DNA of 63,791 nt, counting the filler, from Octopus bimaculoides (Eukaryota), in NCBI RefSeq assembly GCF_001194135.2. It is 8 parts of 8 records of this genome, joined end to end, with 100 filler letters (N's around TTAATTAATTAA, not from the genome) between each part and the next. Parts side by side here need not be neighbours in the genome. Positions count along the whole stretch, not along the records: positions 1 to 8,001 come from NC_068999.1; positions 8,102 to 15,096 come from NC_068994.1; 6 more parts are not named here. The stretch is one strand, 5' to 3'. Shown here one piece after another: positions 1 to 10,867 of this stretch (position 1 is the stretch's first letter; each line of letters starts with the position of its first letter). The notes beneath the pieces were generated by a model, which was not told the origin of the DNA, ran no database searches, and saw nothing but the letters and a program-made list of their open reading frames with translations. The translations under genes and the position numbers were made by a program.

Positions 1-42
<42 letters not shown>
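1..42. repeat. (CA)n microsatellite; one of dozens of CA/TA/GATA/TACA/GA arrays in the window
   Basis: Pure CA dinucleotide run at the window start. Confidence 0.97.
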
Positions 43-50
<8 letters not shown>

Positions 51-94
51 TTGTCTTGATAAAGGTGGAATTCGAAGGTGACAAAGTTTAGATG

Positions 95-1500
95 AGGGAG
101 TGTCACTCATACGGGGAGTGGGGGTAAAACTTACAAGGATATGAGAGAGGAGGAGGATATAGATTGAGAGGGAGAGAAAGAGAGGAAAAGACAGAGAGGG
201 GGAAAGAACAGGAGGAGACTGCTAGGAGGGGGTAGAGGAAAGAGAGAAAGGAGAACGTTAATGGTTTAAAGAAAGAATGAAGCAATGAGATAATATGAGA
301 GGGAGTTAAAAGAGGGAGAGAGAGAGAGTGAGGGAGGGGGTAAACAGTGATATAATAAGGTTAAATAAATATAAGAATTAAGAGAAGGGAGCGTGAATAA
401 GATATAAAGAGGAGGAGAGTGAGTGATAGAGGGAAAGACAGTGTGTGTGAGAGAGAGAGGGGGCGAGCGTGTGTGTGAGTGTGATTGGGAGTGAGTCGAT
501 TGAAAGAAGAAGAGGTAAATGTAATGAGAGGGTGAGTGTAAATTAAATAGAGATAAGGTAGATAAGGAGAGAGGGGGACTGATGAGAGAAATAGAAAGAA
601 AGATAGCTGAGTTTAGATAAAGGAAGGAAGCAGACGACAAAAAGTCCGTCAGATAAAGGGTGAGAGATAAAGAGAAAGAAAGAGAGAGGGAGAGAGGGGG
701 AGTAGCAATGGTTTATTGTAGATGGAATGGCAAAAAGACTGGGAGAGAGACAGTGAGAGGGTATGTTTGATTGATAGATTGATAGAGAAAGAGATAAATA
801 GATGGTTAGATAGAGAGGGGGAGAGGGAGAATGAAAAAGAATTAAGTTTAAAAAGAGAGGAGGTATGTAAGAAGAGGGGAGGGGAGAGTTAAGTTAGGAA
901 AGTAGGAGGAATGTGAAAGTAAGTTAGACAAAGAGAGAGAGAGGGGGAGGAAGGAAGAGGCAATGAGAGGGTGAGTCTGATAAAGAGAGGGATAATGAAA
1001 GAGAGAGATAATGAAAGGGTAGATAAAAAGAGAGAGACAATGAGGGTTAAGGAGATAAAGATAATGAGAGAGAGAGAGAGGTGAGAGGTTTAGATAAAGG
1101 GAAGAAAAGAGAATGGAAGGGTAAATATAAAGTTTTTTTTATTGTAAGTTTGTATAAAGAAAGAGAGAGAGAGGGGGATAGATGGAAAGAGAGGGAGACA
1201 ATGAGAGGGAATGTTAGAGAGAGAAAGGGAGATAGGGAGAGAGAGAGTGTGTTAGATAGACAAAGAGAGTGAGTGGGTGAGAGAGAAAAAGAGGATGAGA
1301 GAGTAGAGAGAGAGGGCGAGAGAAGCAAGAAAGAGTGATTTGAATAAAGGGAAAGAAAGAGATAGACATTGAGAGTGAGAGGGAGGGGAGCGGGAAGAAT
1401 GAGATTGATAGACAGATAGACAGAGGCGGAGGGGAGGGGGGGGTAGAAAGCGAGAGACAAAGACAAAGAGAGAAAGAAAGAAAGAAAACGAAATACAATG
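95..1500 (+). repeat. Polypurine (GA-rich) low-complexity tract
   Basis: About 1.4 kb almost devoid of C and dominated by GAGA/GGAG/GATA words; the overlapping minus-strand ORFs are Leu/Ser/Pro/Phe compositional artefacts. Confidence 0.9.
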
Positions 1501-1869
1501 AAATCATTATTCGGGTATTGAGTAATATATTGATCACTTAAGTTTGCATGAGGTGTCACCTTTTCTGTGGGGTGGCAATGGCGGTAGCAGTCATGGTGGT
1601 GGTGGTGGTGGTGGTGGTGGTGGGTGTACAAAATNNNNNNNNNNNNNNNNNNNNNNNNNNNNNNNNNNNNNNNNNNNNNNNNNNNNNNNNNNNNNNNNNN
1701 NNNNNNNNNNNNNNNNNNNNNNNNNNNNNNNNNNNNNNNNNNNNNNNNNNNNNNNNNNNNNNNNNNNNNNNNNNNNNNNNNNNNNNNNNNNNNNNNNNNN
1801 NNNNNNNNNNNNNNNNNNNNNNNNNNNNNNNNNNNNNNNNNCATGGAAACGAAAAGTGTCGCTGAAGAG

Positions 1870-2105
1870 GTCACGGAATTTTCCAGGAAGTACACCCTTC
1901 CACAGAACTTTTCAGGAAGCATTTCCTCCCCTTCCTTCTCCTCCTCGGAACTTTCCAGGAATAATACCTCCCCTCCTCAGAACTTTCTGGAAAGTACTTC
2001 TTCCCTTCAGAACTTTTCGGGAAGTACCTCCTAGTCCTCCCCTTCATCCCCTTCTTTGGAACTTTCCAGGAAATGCCTTCCCTTCGTCAGATCTTTCTAG
2101 GAAGT
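1870..2105. repeat. Diverged tandem array of a GAACTTTCCAGGAAG-type motif with pyrimidine spacers
   Basis: Seven copies near 1874, 1902, 1946, 1978, 2008, 2057 and 2087. Confidence 0.8.
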
Positions 2106-2119
2106 GCCTCTTCACAACT

Positions 2120-2258
2120 TTCACTCTTTCTTCCTGTTTCTATTGTACCTGTATTTCAAAGGGTCAGCCTTGTCACACTCTGTGTCACGCTGAATCTCCC
2201 CGAGAACTACGTTAAGGTTAAACGTGTCTGTGGAATGCTCAGCCAGTTGCACATTAAC
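2120..2258 (+). mobile_element. SINE family B internal fragment
   Basis: TGTACCTGTATTTCAAAGGGTCAGCCTTGTCACACTCTGTGTCACG also occurs at about 40235 and 63345. Confidence 0.8.
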
Positions 2259-2269
2259 AAATGAGCTGC

Positions 2270-2460
2270 GACGTCACTGGTGCCAAGCTGTATCGGCCCC
2301 TTTGCCTTTCCCTTGGATAACATCAGTGGCGGGGAGAAGGGAGGCTGGTATGCATGGACGACTGTTGGTCTTCCATAACCAACCTTGCGCAGACTTGTGC
2401 CTTGGAGGGTATCTTTCTAGGTGCAATCCCATGGTCAGTCATGACCGAAGGGGATCACAC
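2270..2460 (+). mobile_element. SINE family C body fragment
   Basis: Reverse complement of the element at 9325-9530 (GTCACTGGTGCCAAGC...GGATAACATCAGTGGC...GACCGAAGGGG). Confidence 0.75.
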
Positions 2461-2471
2461 ACACACATGTA

Positions 2472-2648
2472 AAAAGCACCCATTACACTCTCGGAGTGGT
2501 TGGCATTAGGAAGGGCATCCAGCTGTAGAAACATTGCCAAATCAAATTAGACCCCGGTGCAGCTGCTGGCTTTCCAGCCCTCAGTCAAACCGTCCAACCC
2601 ATGCCAGCATGGAAAACGGACGTTGATGATGTTGATGATGATGATGAT
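2472..2648 (+). mobile_element. Retroposon 3' tail ending in (GAT)n, probably an RTE-dependent SINE
   Basis: GGTTGGCATTAGGAAGGGCATCCAGC...CCAACCCATGCCAGCATGGAAAACGGACGTT followed by (GAT)n; a second copy lies at 3148-3275. Confidence 0.7.
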
Positions 2649-2975
2649 AGATATGTAGTGAGTTCACTGCACTTTGGTATGCTACAACTCACCAGAAAAG
2701 AGTAAAAGAGAAGGAAAAAGTGGTAATAAATCAGGTAAAAGACAGAAAAGTGAACAGCAAAACAGCATTAAAGAGTAAAGGGTGCATTGGTACCGCAGGA
2801 ATTGGCAAAGATCAGGAATTTTGGTAAGATACAGTGTCTTGGCAACGAACAAGCAAAACAACTGGTTTATCCTGAACTTCCATAATTCTGAGTACAAAAC
2901 ACACATACTCATGTGTATGTGTATGTATGTATATGTGTGTGAGTGTGTATGTGTGTGTGTGTGTAAATATATATA

Positions 2976-3014
<39 letters not shown>

Positions 3015-3147
3015 ATATCATCATCATCATAATCGTCGTCATCATCATCATTTAATATGATGGCATGGGTTGGATGGCTAATCAGAACACTGTACCAAAC
3101 TCTGCTGGTTGTTTTGGTATGGTTACATATATGTAAATATAAATGTA

Positions 3148-3275
3148 TAGAAACTCTGCCAAATTAGATTGGAGGCTGGTGTTGCCATCCGGTTTCACCA
3201 GTCCTCAGTCAAATCGTCCAACGCATGCTAGCATGGAAAGCGGACGTTAAACGATGATGATGATGATGATGATGT
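3148..3275 (+). mobile_element. Second copy of the (GAT)n-tailed retroposon 3' end
   Basis: CAGTCAAATCGTCCAACGCATGCTAGCATGGAAAGCGGACGTTAAAC followed by (GAT)n, matching 2560-2648. Confidence 0.7.
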
Positions 3276-3313
3276 GTGTGTGTATATATATATGTATGTA
3301 TGTATGTATGTAA

Positions 3314-3344
<31 letters not shown>

Positions 3345-3656
3345 GAGACACATACATACATACCCACATACACTCGTACAAACACACATACACACAGACA
3401 TATGTAGATGCATTTATATCCTTCTCACCTGTAAAGAATCTTTTAATGAAAGGTGTTGTTGTTGTTGTTGTTATTAATGATGTAATTACCAATTTGAAAT
3501 CTCATTTACGTAAATGTGTTAATCACTTCTTCTCTGCTATCGTATTATATTCTACTCTTCAAATTTCCTTTAGCAGCAGCCAGTATATTAATAATATATA
3601 TGTGAATGTATACACACACACACACACACACATGCACACGTATGTATGTATGTATT

Positions 3657-3721
<65 letters not shown>

Positions 3722-3729
3722 ATATATAT

Positions 3730-4119
3730 ATAACCACATGGTTCCAGGTTCAGTCCCACTGCGTGGCACCTTAGGCAAGTGTCTTCTACTATAGCCTCGG
3801 ACCGACCAAAGCCTTGTGAGTGGATTTGGTAGACGGAAACTGAAAGAAGCCCGTCGTATATATGTATCTATATATATATATGTGTGTGTGTGTGTGTATA
3901 TGTTTGTTTGTCTGTATTTGTCCCCCCAGCATCGCTTGACAACCGATGGTGGTGTGTTTACGTCCCCGTAACTTAGCGGTTCGGCAAAAGAGACCGATAG
4001 AATAAGTACTAGGCTTACAAAGAATAAGTCCTGGGGTTGATTTGCTCGTCTAAAGGCGGTGCTCCAGCATGGCCACAGTCAAATGACTGTAACAAGTAAA
4101 AGAGTAAAAGAGTAAAAGA

Positions 4120-4120
<1 letters not shown>
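3730..4120 (+). mobile_element. tRNA-derived SINE family A (CORE-like domain, internal TA/TG microsatellite, (AAAAGAGT)n tail)
   Basis: B-box GGTTCAGTCCC, then GCACCTTAGGCAAGTGTCTT and an internal (TA)n(TG)n; tail CCAGCATGGCCACAGTCAAATGACTGTAACAAGTAAAAGAGTAAAAGAG; more than 10 copies in the window. Confidence 0.88.
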
Positions 4121-4160
<40 letters not shown>

Positions 4161-4213
4161 TATATACATACACACACACATATATATATACATGTGTACA
4201 TACATACTAGATT

Positions 4214-4840
4214 TTGAAACAGCTGCTTGACCATTCAGATGCCAGTGTGATATACCTAGACTTCGCAAAAGCATTTGATAAGTTAAATCACGGGATGATA
4301 AGCCATAAGCTATGTGACCTTGGCATTGCTGGTAAACTGGGAGAGTGGCTGCATGACTTCCTTAGAAACAGTCAGGTAGTTACAGCCAACGGTGTCCTTT
4401 CTGAGGAAACTCAAATCCTAAGTGGTGTCCTACAGGGAACTGTTCTAGGGCTATTACTGTTCATAATAGCCCTCTTAGATATGCCCATGGTCACTCGGAC
4501 AGCCACTGTCACTAGCTATGCCGATGATACAAAATATCACAGGCAATAAAAAACCAAGATGATGTCACAAGCTTACAGCAGGACCTAAATTCAATATACA
4601 AGAGGGCCAAAATAAACAACATGCAGTTTAATGCTGGAAAATTTCAAGCTCTGCACTCTCAACTCATGAAAACAGTACAATCTACATATACAGGACCCGA
4701 AAGCACTACAATCCCAGAGTCACAGGCAGGGAAAGACTTGGGGGTTAGTATGTGCAATGACGCATCATTTTATTAGCACATTAGTGAGATGGCAGCAAAG
4801 TGCAGACAACTGGCAGGATGGATACTGAGGTCCTTCAGCT
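4214..4840 (+). mobile_element. CR1-like non-LTR retrotransposon reverse transcriptase fragment (frameshifted)
   Basis: VIYLDFAKAFDKLNHG, SGVLQGTVLGLLLF and YADDTK; after a frameshift it continues QQDLNSIYKRAKINNMQFNAGKFQ...KDLGV...AKCRQLAGWILRSF. Confidence 0.88.
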
Positions 4841-5247
4841 GTTATTCATCAATGTTATCTCCATTTTCTGTTTTCTTTATATATATATATATATACCAGA
4901 GTGAGCACATAAATGTGCAACATGGTGGAGAAAATAGTACTCGAATACCAGAGGTAGAGTAATATGCTTTATTAAACAGCAGCAAAAATATCACAAAAAC
5001 TGTTACTCAGAATTTCATGTTCCCATTCATTGGACAGTTTTGTTTAGAATTATTAAAGTATATAAATATATGTATAATAACATTTGTAAAATATATCATA
5101 GTTATATCAAACATATGTCTATATATCTTATATTTTACATGGTGCCAGCATTATCTGGGACAGAACTCAATACTCTGGATAAAGTGGATAAATATATATT
5201 TGTATGTATTATATCAAGATTGACAATCTTCTTGGAGTTTCATCCAT

Positions 5248-5294
5248 GACTGGACTGTTCATGGCTGGACTGTTCATGGCTGGACTGTTCATGG
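5248..5294. repeat. 15-bp tandem repeat (TGGACTGTTCATGGC) running into a gap
   Basis: Three consecutive copies visible before the N-run. Confidence 0.85.
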
Positions 5295-5876
5295 NNNNNN
5301 NNNNNNNNNNNNNNNNNNNNNNNNNNNNNNNNNNNNNNNNNNNNNNNNNNNNNNNNNNNNNNNNNNNNNNNNNNNNNNNNNNNNNNNNNNNNNNATATAA
5401 ATATGTATATTTACGGAGATAAGTATGCACACACACACAATCACACATACACACTCACATACACGTAGACACATACACAAGCACGCAATCACACACATAC
5501 TCATAAACGAAGCTTGCCTCGAAAAATTTCCCCGTTTTAATTTGCAAGAAATCGTGTGTTGATAGCAAAGTTATTTATAATATGTATTAATCTCTTAATA
5601 TGTCGCCGTACATTGCACTATTCGCCGGAAGCCTTTTCCATGGAAATTTAATTCTCAAGTTCGTCTATTATAATTTTGCTGTCGTTTTTGTTGCTGTTGT
5701 CTGCTTTTATTATTTGTTTCTTCTGTTTGTATTTAGTTTTGGTTTGTCTGTTTCGTTGGAATCTTGCTTCTCTGCTGTTATCGTGTTCCAGAACTTTTGA
5801 TTTTCGTGTTGATGCGATGCTGAATTGGTGTGTTTCCCTTTCAGGGATTTTTCATGTTTAGTTTAGAAACGATCGC

Positions 5877-5926
<50 letters not shown>

Positions 5927-5953
5927 TAACATTAGGATTCGCACATATGTATA

Positions 5954-6002
<49 letters not shown>

Positions 6003-6055
6003 ATTACCTGCCTGTCTGACCGTCTATCTAGATGTCTGCCTATGTGTCTGTTTGC

Positions 6056-6101
<46 letters not shown>

Positions 6102-6292
6102 ATCTATCTACCTATCTATTTGTCTGCCTATCTGTCTGTCTAATTATCGATTTATACATCAATCAAACTCCCCACTCGCTATATATANNNNNNNNNNNNN
6201 NNNNNNNNNNNNNNNNNNNNNNNNNNNNNNNNNNNNNNNNNNNNNNNNNNNNNNNNNNNNNNNNNNNNNNNNNNNNNNNNNNNNNNNNNNNN

Positions 6293-6335
<43 letters not shown>

Positions 6336-6404
6336 GGGAGAATATACAAATAATAACAACAGACGAGGACAGGTGGTGTAAATAACAAAAGGATATATTA
6401 GTAT

Positions 6405-6520
6405 GACGCTCGGGAATACGGAAAGTCTTTGACGTTTCGAGCTACGCTCTTCAACAGAAAGAATACGGAGACAAGGAGAAAAACACGGAGAAAAAAAATT
6501 GAATAGTGTTCAGTCAACGA
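6405..6520 (-). mobile_element. Penelope-like terminal repeat fragment with a minimal hammerhead-like motif
   Basis: Minus strand reads CTGTTGA-A-GAGC-GTA-GCTC-GAAAC-GTC (6431-6457). Confidence 0.5.
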
Positions 6521-6700
6521 TATATGTGTGTGTGTGTGTGTGTGTGTGCGTGAACGCGCACGTGTTTTAGTAATATGTATAGACACACACAGAGGTGAAC
6601 TTACTCATACACTGTATAAGTATGGCAATATAGTTATATGTATGTGTTCATGTTTATGTATATCTATTAATGTATGATATGTGTGTGTATGTACGTGTAT

Positions 6701-6731
<31 letters not shown>

Positions 6732-7229
6732 CATATATGTAGACAAACAAATGAAGAGAGAGTAGGAGGGGAGGGAGAAGTAGCGAGACAGAAGCACTGA
6801 TACAAACACATATTATCAATAATATAACTTTTTAATTTCCAGGGCAACATGTATTAGTACTCTGATATTTTTTAAAACTTAAAACTTTAAAATAAAGTAC
6901 TAACATTTTAAAATAGAAAGAAAATCTTTAGAATAAAATATTCTTTACCTATTTCTGCGTGGAAATATAACACTCACTTCTTAATATCTGATCTGAAATC
7001 TCTTAGGAAATATAACTGATGCGAGTGATGTGAAACACTTGGCCTAGTGTTCCTGTCAAGCAAACTTTCTACCGTGTGTGTGATGTGTATGTGTGTGTTG
7101 CGGTTATCAGGGCGGTGTGTACGTCAGTATGCATGCGTGTGTGTATGCCTGTGTATGTGTGTGTGTGTTATATTTATCAGGGTGCTGTGTGTGTGTATGT
7201 GTGTACACACACACATAGATATATGTAAA

Positions 7230-7400
7230 TATACGACGGGCTTCTTCCAGTTTCCGCCTGTCCAATCCACTCACAAGGCCTTAGTCGGCCCAACGTTATA
7301 GTAAAAGACAATTACCCAAGGTGAATCGCATTGGGGTTGAACTCGGAACCATGGGGTTTGGAAGCAAGCTTGTTACCACACAGCCACTCCTTTGCCTATA
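7230..7400 (-). mobile_element. SINE family A, 5' half
   Basis: Reverse complement of the family A head (GGCTGTGTGGTAACAAGCTTGCTTCC...GAGTTCAACCCC). Confidence 0.8.
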
Positions 7401-7919
7401 CACACATCTATCTCCCATTCATTCGATACATTAGGGTTACACGATTTCACAACGAAAAGACGGTCTGATGAAAAAGAAAAAAAAGATAGAAAAATGCTGT
7501 CAAATTCATTCGCAATACATTACGGGGAATATTAAACCGGTGAAAAGGTCGTAGTGAAGTCTTTCTTTGGAGTTCCAGGCCGGATATTTTATCAAACAAT
7601 CGTAGACATAGCAAACACATTATCACGAAGAATAGAATCTACATTGGATCTTCGTGTATGGTGTGGTAATGGTAATGGTAATGGTGGTGATTGTATTGTT
7701 GTTGTTGTTGTTGTTGTTGTTGGTGGTGGTGTTGGTATGTGTATTAGGAGATGGAATATATGAAGAAAGAAAAGAAGGAAACAAAGAAGAAGAAAATTAA
7801 GGATGAAAATGAATAAATAAAATGGATTAGATGAAGTAAACAACAAAATAAAAAAACAAATTTAATTCTGTTGAAATCCGACACTCGATTTGGTCTCTCT
7901 CTCTCTTTTAGTCTGAGTG

Positions 7920-8001
<82 letters not shown>

Positions 8002-8045
8002 NNNNNNNNNNNNNNNNNNNNNNNNNNNNNNNNNNNNNNNNNNNN

Positions 8046-8057
8046 TTAATTAATTAA
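8046..8057. other. Assembly gap linker TTAATTAATTAA (artefact); also at 15141, 20517, 39749, 50599, 59626 and 61998
   Basis: The identical 12-mer sits inside N-runs; where counted (8046, 15141) it is 44 N + 12 + 44 N = 100 bp; it places stop codons in all six frames. Confidence 0.95.
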
Positions 8058-8147
8058 NNNNNNNNNNNNNNNNNNNNNNNNNNNNNNNNNNNNNNNNNNN
8101 NTATATATATATGTGTATATATATATATATATGTATATATATATGTG

Positions 8148-8180
<33 letters not shown>

Positions 8181-8183
8181 GAG

Positions 8184-8248
<65 letters not shown>

Positions 8249-8251
8249 GTG

Positions 8252-8282
<31 letters not shown>

Positions 8283-8329
8283 GTATATATATATATGTAT
8301 ATATATATATGTGTATATATATATATGTG

Positions 8330-8362
<33 letters not shown>

Positions 8363-9324
8363 GTATACACACACACCTAGCTACCACTTAGAGTAGTATC
8401 TAGGTATATGTATGTATGCACTCTCACCATTCAAACATTTATATACATAAGTACATATTTACATACATGTATGTATATATATATATATGCATGTATATCT
8501 AAATATATTACAAATATACATTTATGTTTATACATACATATACATATGTCTATTTATGTTTACATTGACATATATATATATATATATNNNNNNNNNNNNN
8601 NNNNNNNNNNNNNNNNNNNNNNNNNNNNNNNNNNNNNNNNNNNNNNNNNNNNNNNNNNNNNNNNNNNNNNNNNNNNNNNNNNNNNNNNNNNNNNNNNNNN
8701 NNNNNNNNNNNNNNNNNNNNNNNNNNNNNNNNNNNNNNNNNNNNNNNNNNNNNNNNNNNNNNNNNNNNNNNNNNNNNNNNNNNNNNNNNNNNNNNNNNNN
8801 NNNNNNNNNNNNNNNNNNNNNNNNNNNNNNNNNNNNNNNNNNNNNNNNNNNNNNNNNNNNNNNNNNNNNNNNNNNNNNNNNNNNNNNNNNNNNNNNNNNN
8901 NNNNNNNNNNNNNNNNNNNNNNNNNNNNNNNNNNNNNNNNNNNNNNNNNNNNNNNNNNNNNNNNNNNNNNNNNNNNNNNNNNNNNNNNNNNNNNNNNNNN
9001 NNNNNNNNNNNNNNNNNNNNNNNNNNNNNNNNNNNNNNNNNNNNNNNNNNNNNNNNNNNNNNNNNNNNNNNNNNNNNNNNNNNNNNNNNNNNNNNNNNNN
9101 NNNNNNNNNNNNNNNNNNNNNCATATATATATATATATATATATATATCACAGACACACACATATATGTATACATAGCAAGAGCATGTAAAAACATGTGA
9201 CATGCTTATATTTAAGGAGTTTCTGAAATGCTGTCGATGATGATGATGATGATGACGACCACAGTGACAATGATGATGATGGTGATGGTGGTAATGGTGG
9301 TGGTGTTGATGTAAAAAAAAAAAA

Positions 9325-9645
9325 GTGGGGGAAGACCCCCTTCGGTCATAAATGACCATGAGATTGCACCTGGAAAGTTACCCTCTGAAGCACAAGTCCA
9401 AGCAAAGTTGTTTATAGAAGACCAGCAGTCGACCATGCATACCAGCCTCCCACTCTCCATGCCACTGATGTTATCCAAGGGAAAGGCAAAAGCTGATACG
9501 GCTTGGCACCAGTGACATCACAACTTGCTTCTGCAGCAACATGAAAATAGAGTGTCTTGCTCAAGAACACAACACACAGCCTGGTCCAAGAATTGAAGTC
9601 ACTACCTCATGATTGTAAGCCTGACACTCTAACCACAGCCATGTA
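9325..9645 (-). mobile_element. tRNA-derived SINE family C
   Basis: Minus strand starts with a tRNA-like head (TGTGGTTAGAGTGTCAGG...), then a CORE-like GTGTTCTTGAGCAAGACACT, then the body shared with 2270-2460. Confidence 0.72.
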
Positions 9646-9784
9646 AGTATAATTAAGACATTTCTCTTAGCAGCTAATCAGTAATTCGAATTTAATGAAG
9701 AGATTTCATCACATCAAAACTTCATTGTCTGGATTGTGGGGGAATATCAAAATCTCAATGTGGGAACGTTTACTAAGATATGTT

Positions 9785-10200
9785 TGTTTATATGAATGTG
9801 GGTGTGGTTTATATTGATGTAGGTGTGGGTTATATGGATGTGGGTGTAGTTTGTATGGATGTGGGTGTAGTTTATATGGATGTGGGTGTGGTTTATGTGG
9901 ATGTGTGTTTTATATGGATGTTGCTATAGTTTATATTGGTGCAGGTAGGTGTAGTTTATATGGATGTGGGCTTGGTTTATATGAATGTGAGTATGGTTTA
10001 TATGGATGTCGCTATAGTTTATATTGCTGCAGGTAGGTGTAGTTTATATGGATGTGGGCTTGGTTTATATGGATGTGAGTATGGTTTATATGGATGTCNN
10101 NNNNNNNNAATGTGAGTATGGTTTATATGGATGTCGCTATAGTTTATATTGCTGCAGGTAGGTGTAGTTTATATGGATGTGGGTGTAGCTTATATGACTG
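9785..10200. repeat. 21-bp minisatellite (TTTATATGGATGTGGGTGTAG) with an 88-bp higher-order unit
   Basis: Four monomer variants of 21, 25, 21 and 21 bp recur in fixed order from about 9909. Confidence 0.88.
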
Positions 10201-10858
10201 ATGGTTTGAATATTGTGACTTGTACTTGCTCATTTTCATATTTTGGGGTTTATATTGATGCGAGTGTTTTCTGATGCATAACGTAAGGGATCTCAAGAAA
10301 CATGATCCAGTTCCATTTAGATATTAATGGTGTTGCAAGAAATGTAAATGGAGCAAAATATATTTACATTCAATGTTTACACTTGGCAAGACCAGTAAAT
10401 TGGTGAAATTATTAAGGCACCAAAAGAAAATACATTTAAATATTTGATGCATTCTGAGTTCAAATCAAATCAAGGTCAATATTGCCTTTTATCCTCCCTG
10501 GGTCAATTCAGTAGAAAATAGGTGGTTGGTGTATATACACATTTCAGGGGTCCTTGCCTCTTCCTCAGTACCATGTTCAACCCATTAACTACCCTTGAAC
10601 ACATTGCTTAAATAACCACTAAATATGGCAGTGTAACATTATTTTATATGGCAGGAATGTGTTTAATATATAAATAACTAATGGTGTACATATATTCACT
10701 TCATGGGGAACAAGATATATATTTCTAATGGTGTACATTAGTTCATCTCAAAATGTACATATATCCCACACCCCATAATATACTCTGATCACACATTCAG
10801 CTCTGCACACTCAACTGGATGTTTCTGTGCTACCGACAGCAAAATTTGAACCTGAATC

Positions 10859-10867
10859 TCTTACCTG
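10859..10867 (-). other. Splice donor CAG|GTAAGA closing the protocadherin exon (phase 0, after ...RTPQ)
   Basis: Near-consensus donor; the exon's last base is 10865. Confidence 0.8.

Noticed and set aside
7480-7660. Possible downstream protocadherin cytoplasmic exon after a long pyrimidine tract
   Set aside because: The nearest AG is far from the pyrimidine tract, and the phase-0 translation has no recognisable protocadherin tail features; unsupported without RNA data
8046-8057. Identical TTAATTAATTAA palindrome recurring seven times, resembling a regularly spaced repeat system
   Set aside because: It is always embedded in N-runs, forming 100-bp blocks where counted; this is a six-frame-stop scaffolding linker, not biology
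9851-10036. Tyr-Gly-Cys repeat ORF resembling keratin-associated or cuticular proteins
   Set aside because: It is a translation of the 21-bp minisatellite; the 25-bp monomer breaks the frame, and it lies antisense within the protocadherin intron
9785-10200. CRISPR-like or other repeat-spacer array
   Set aside because: Units are contiguous with no unique spacers, the context is eukaryotic, and no cas genes are present; the same applies to 1870-2105 and the 163-bp satellite
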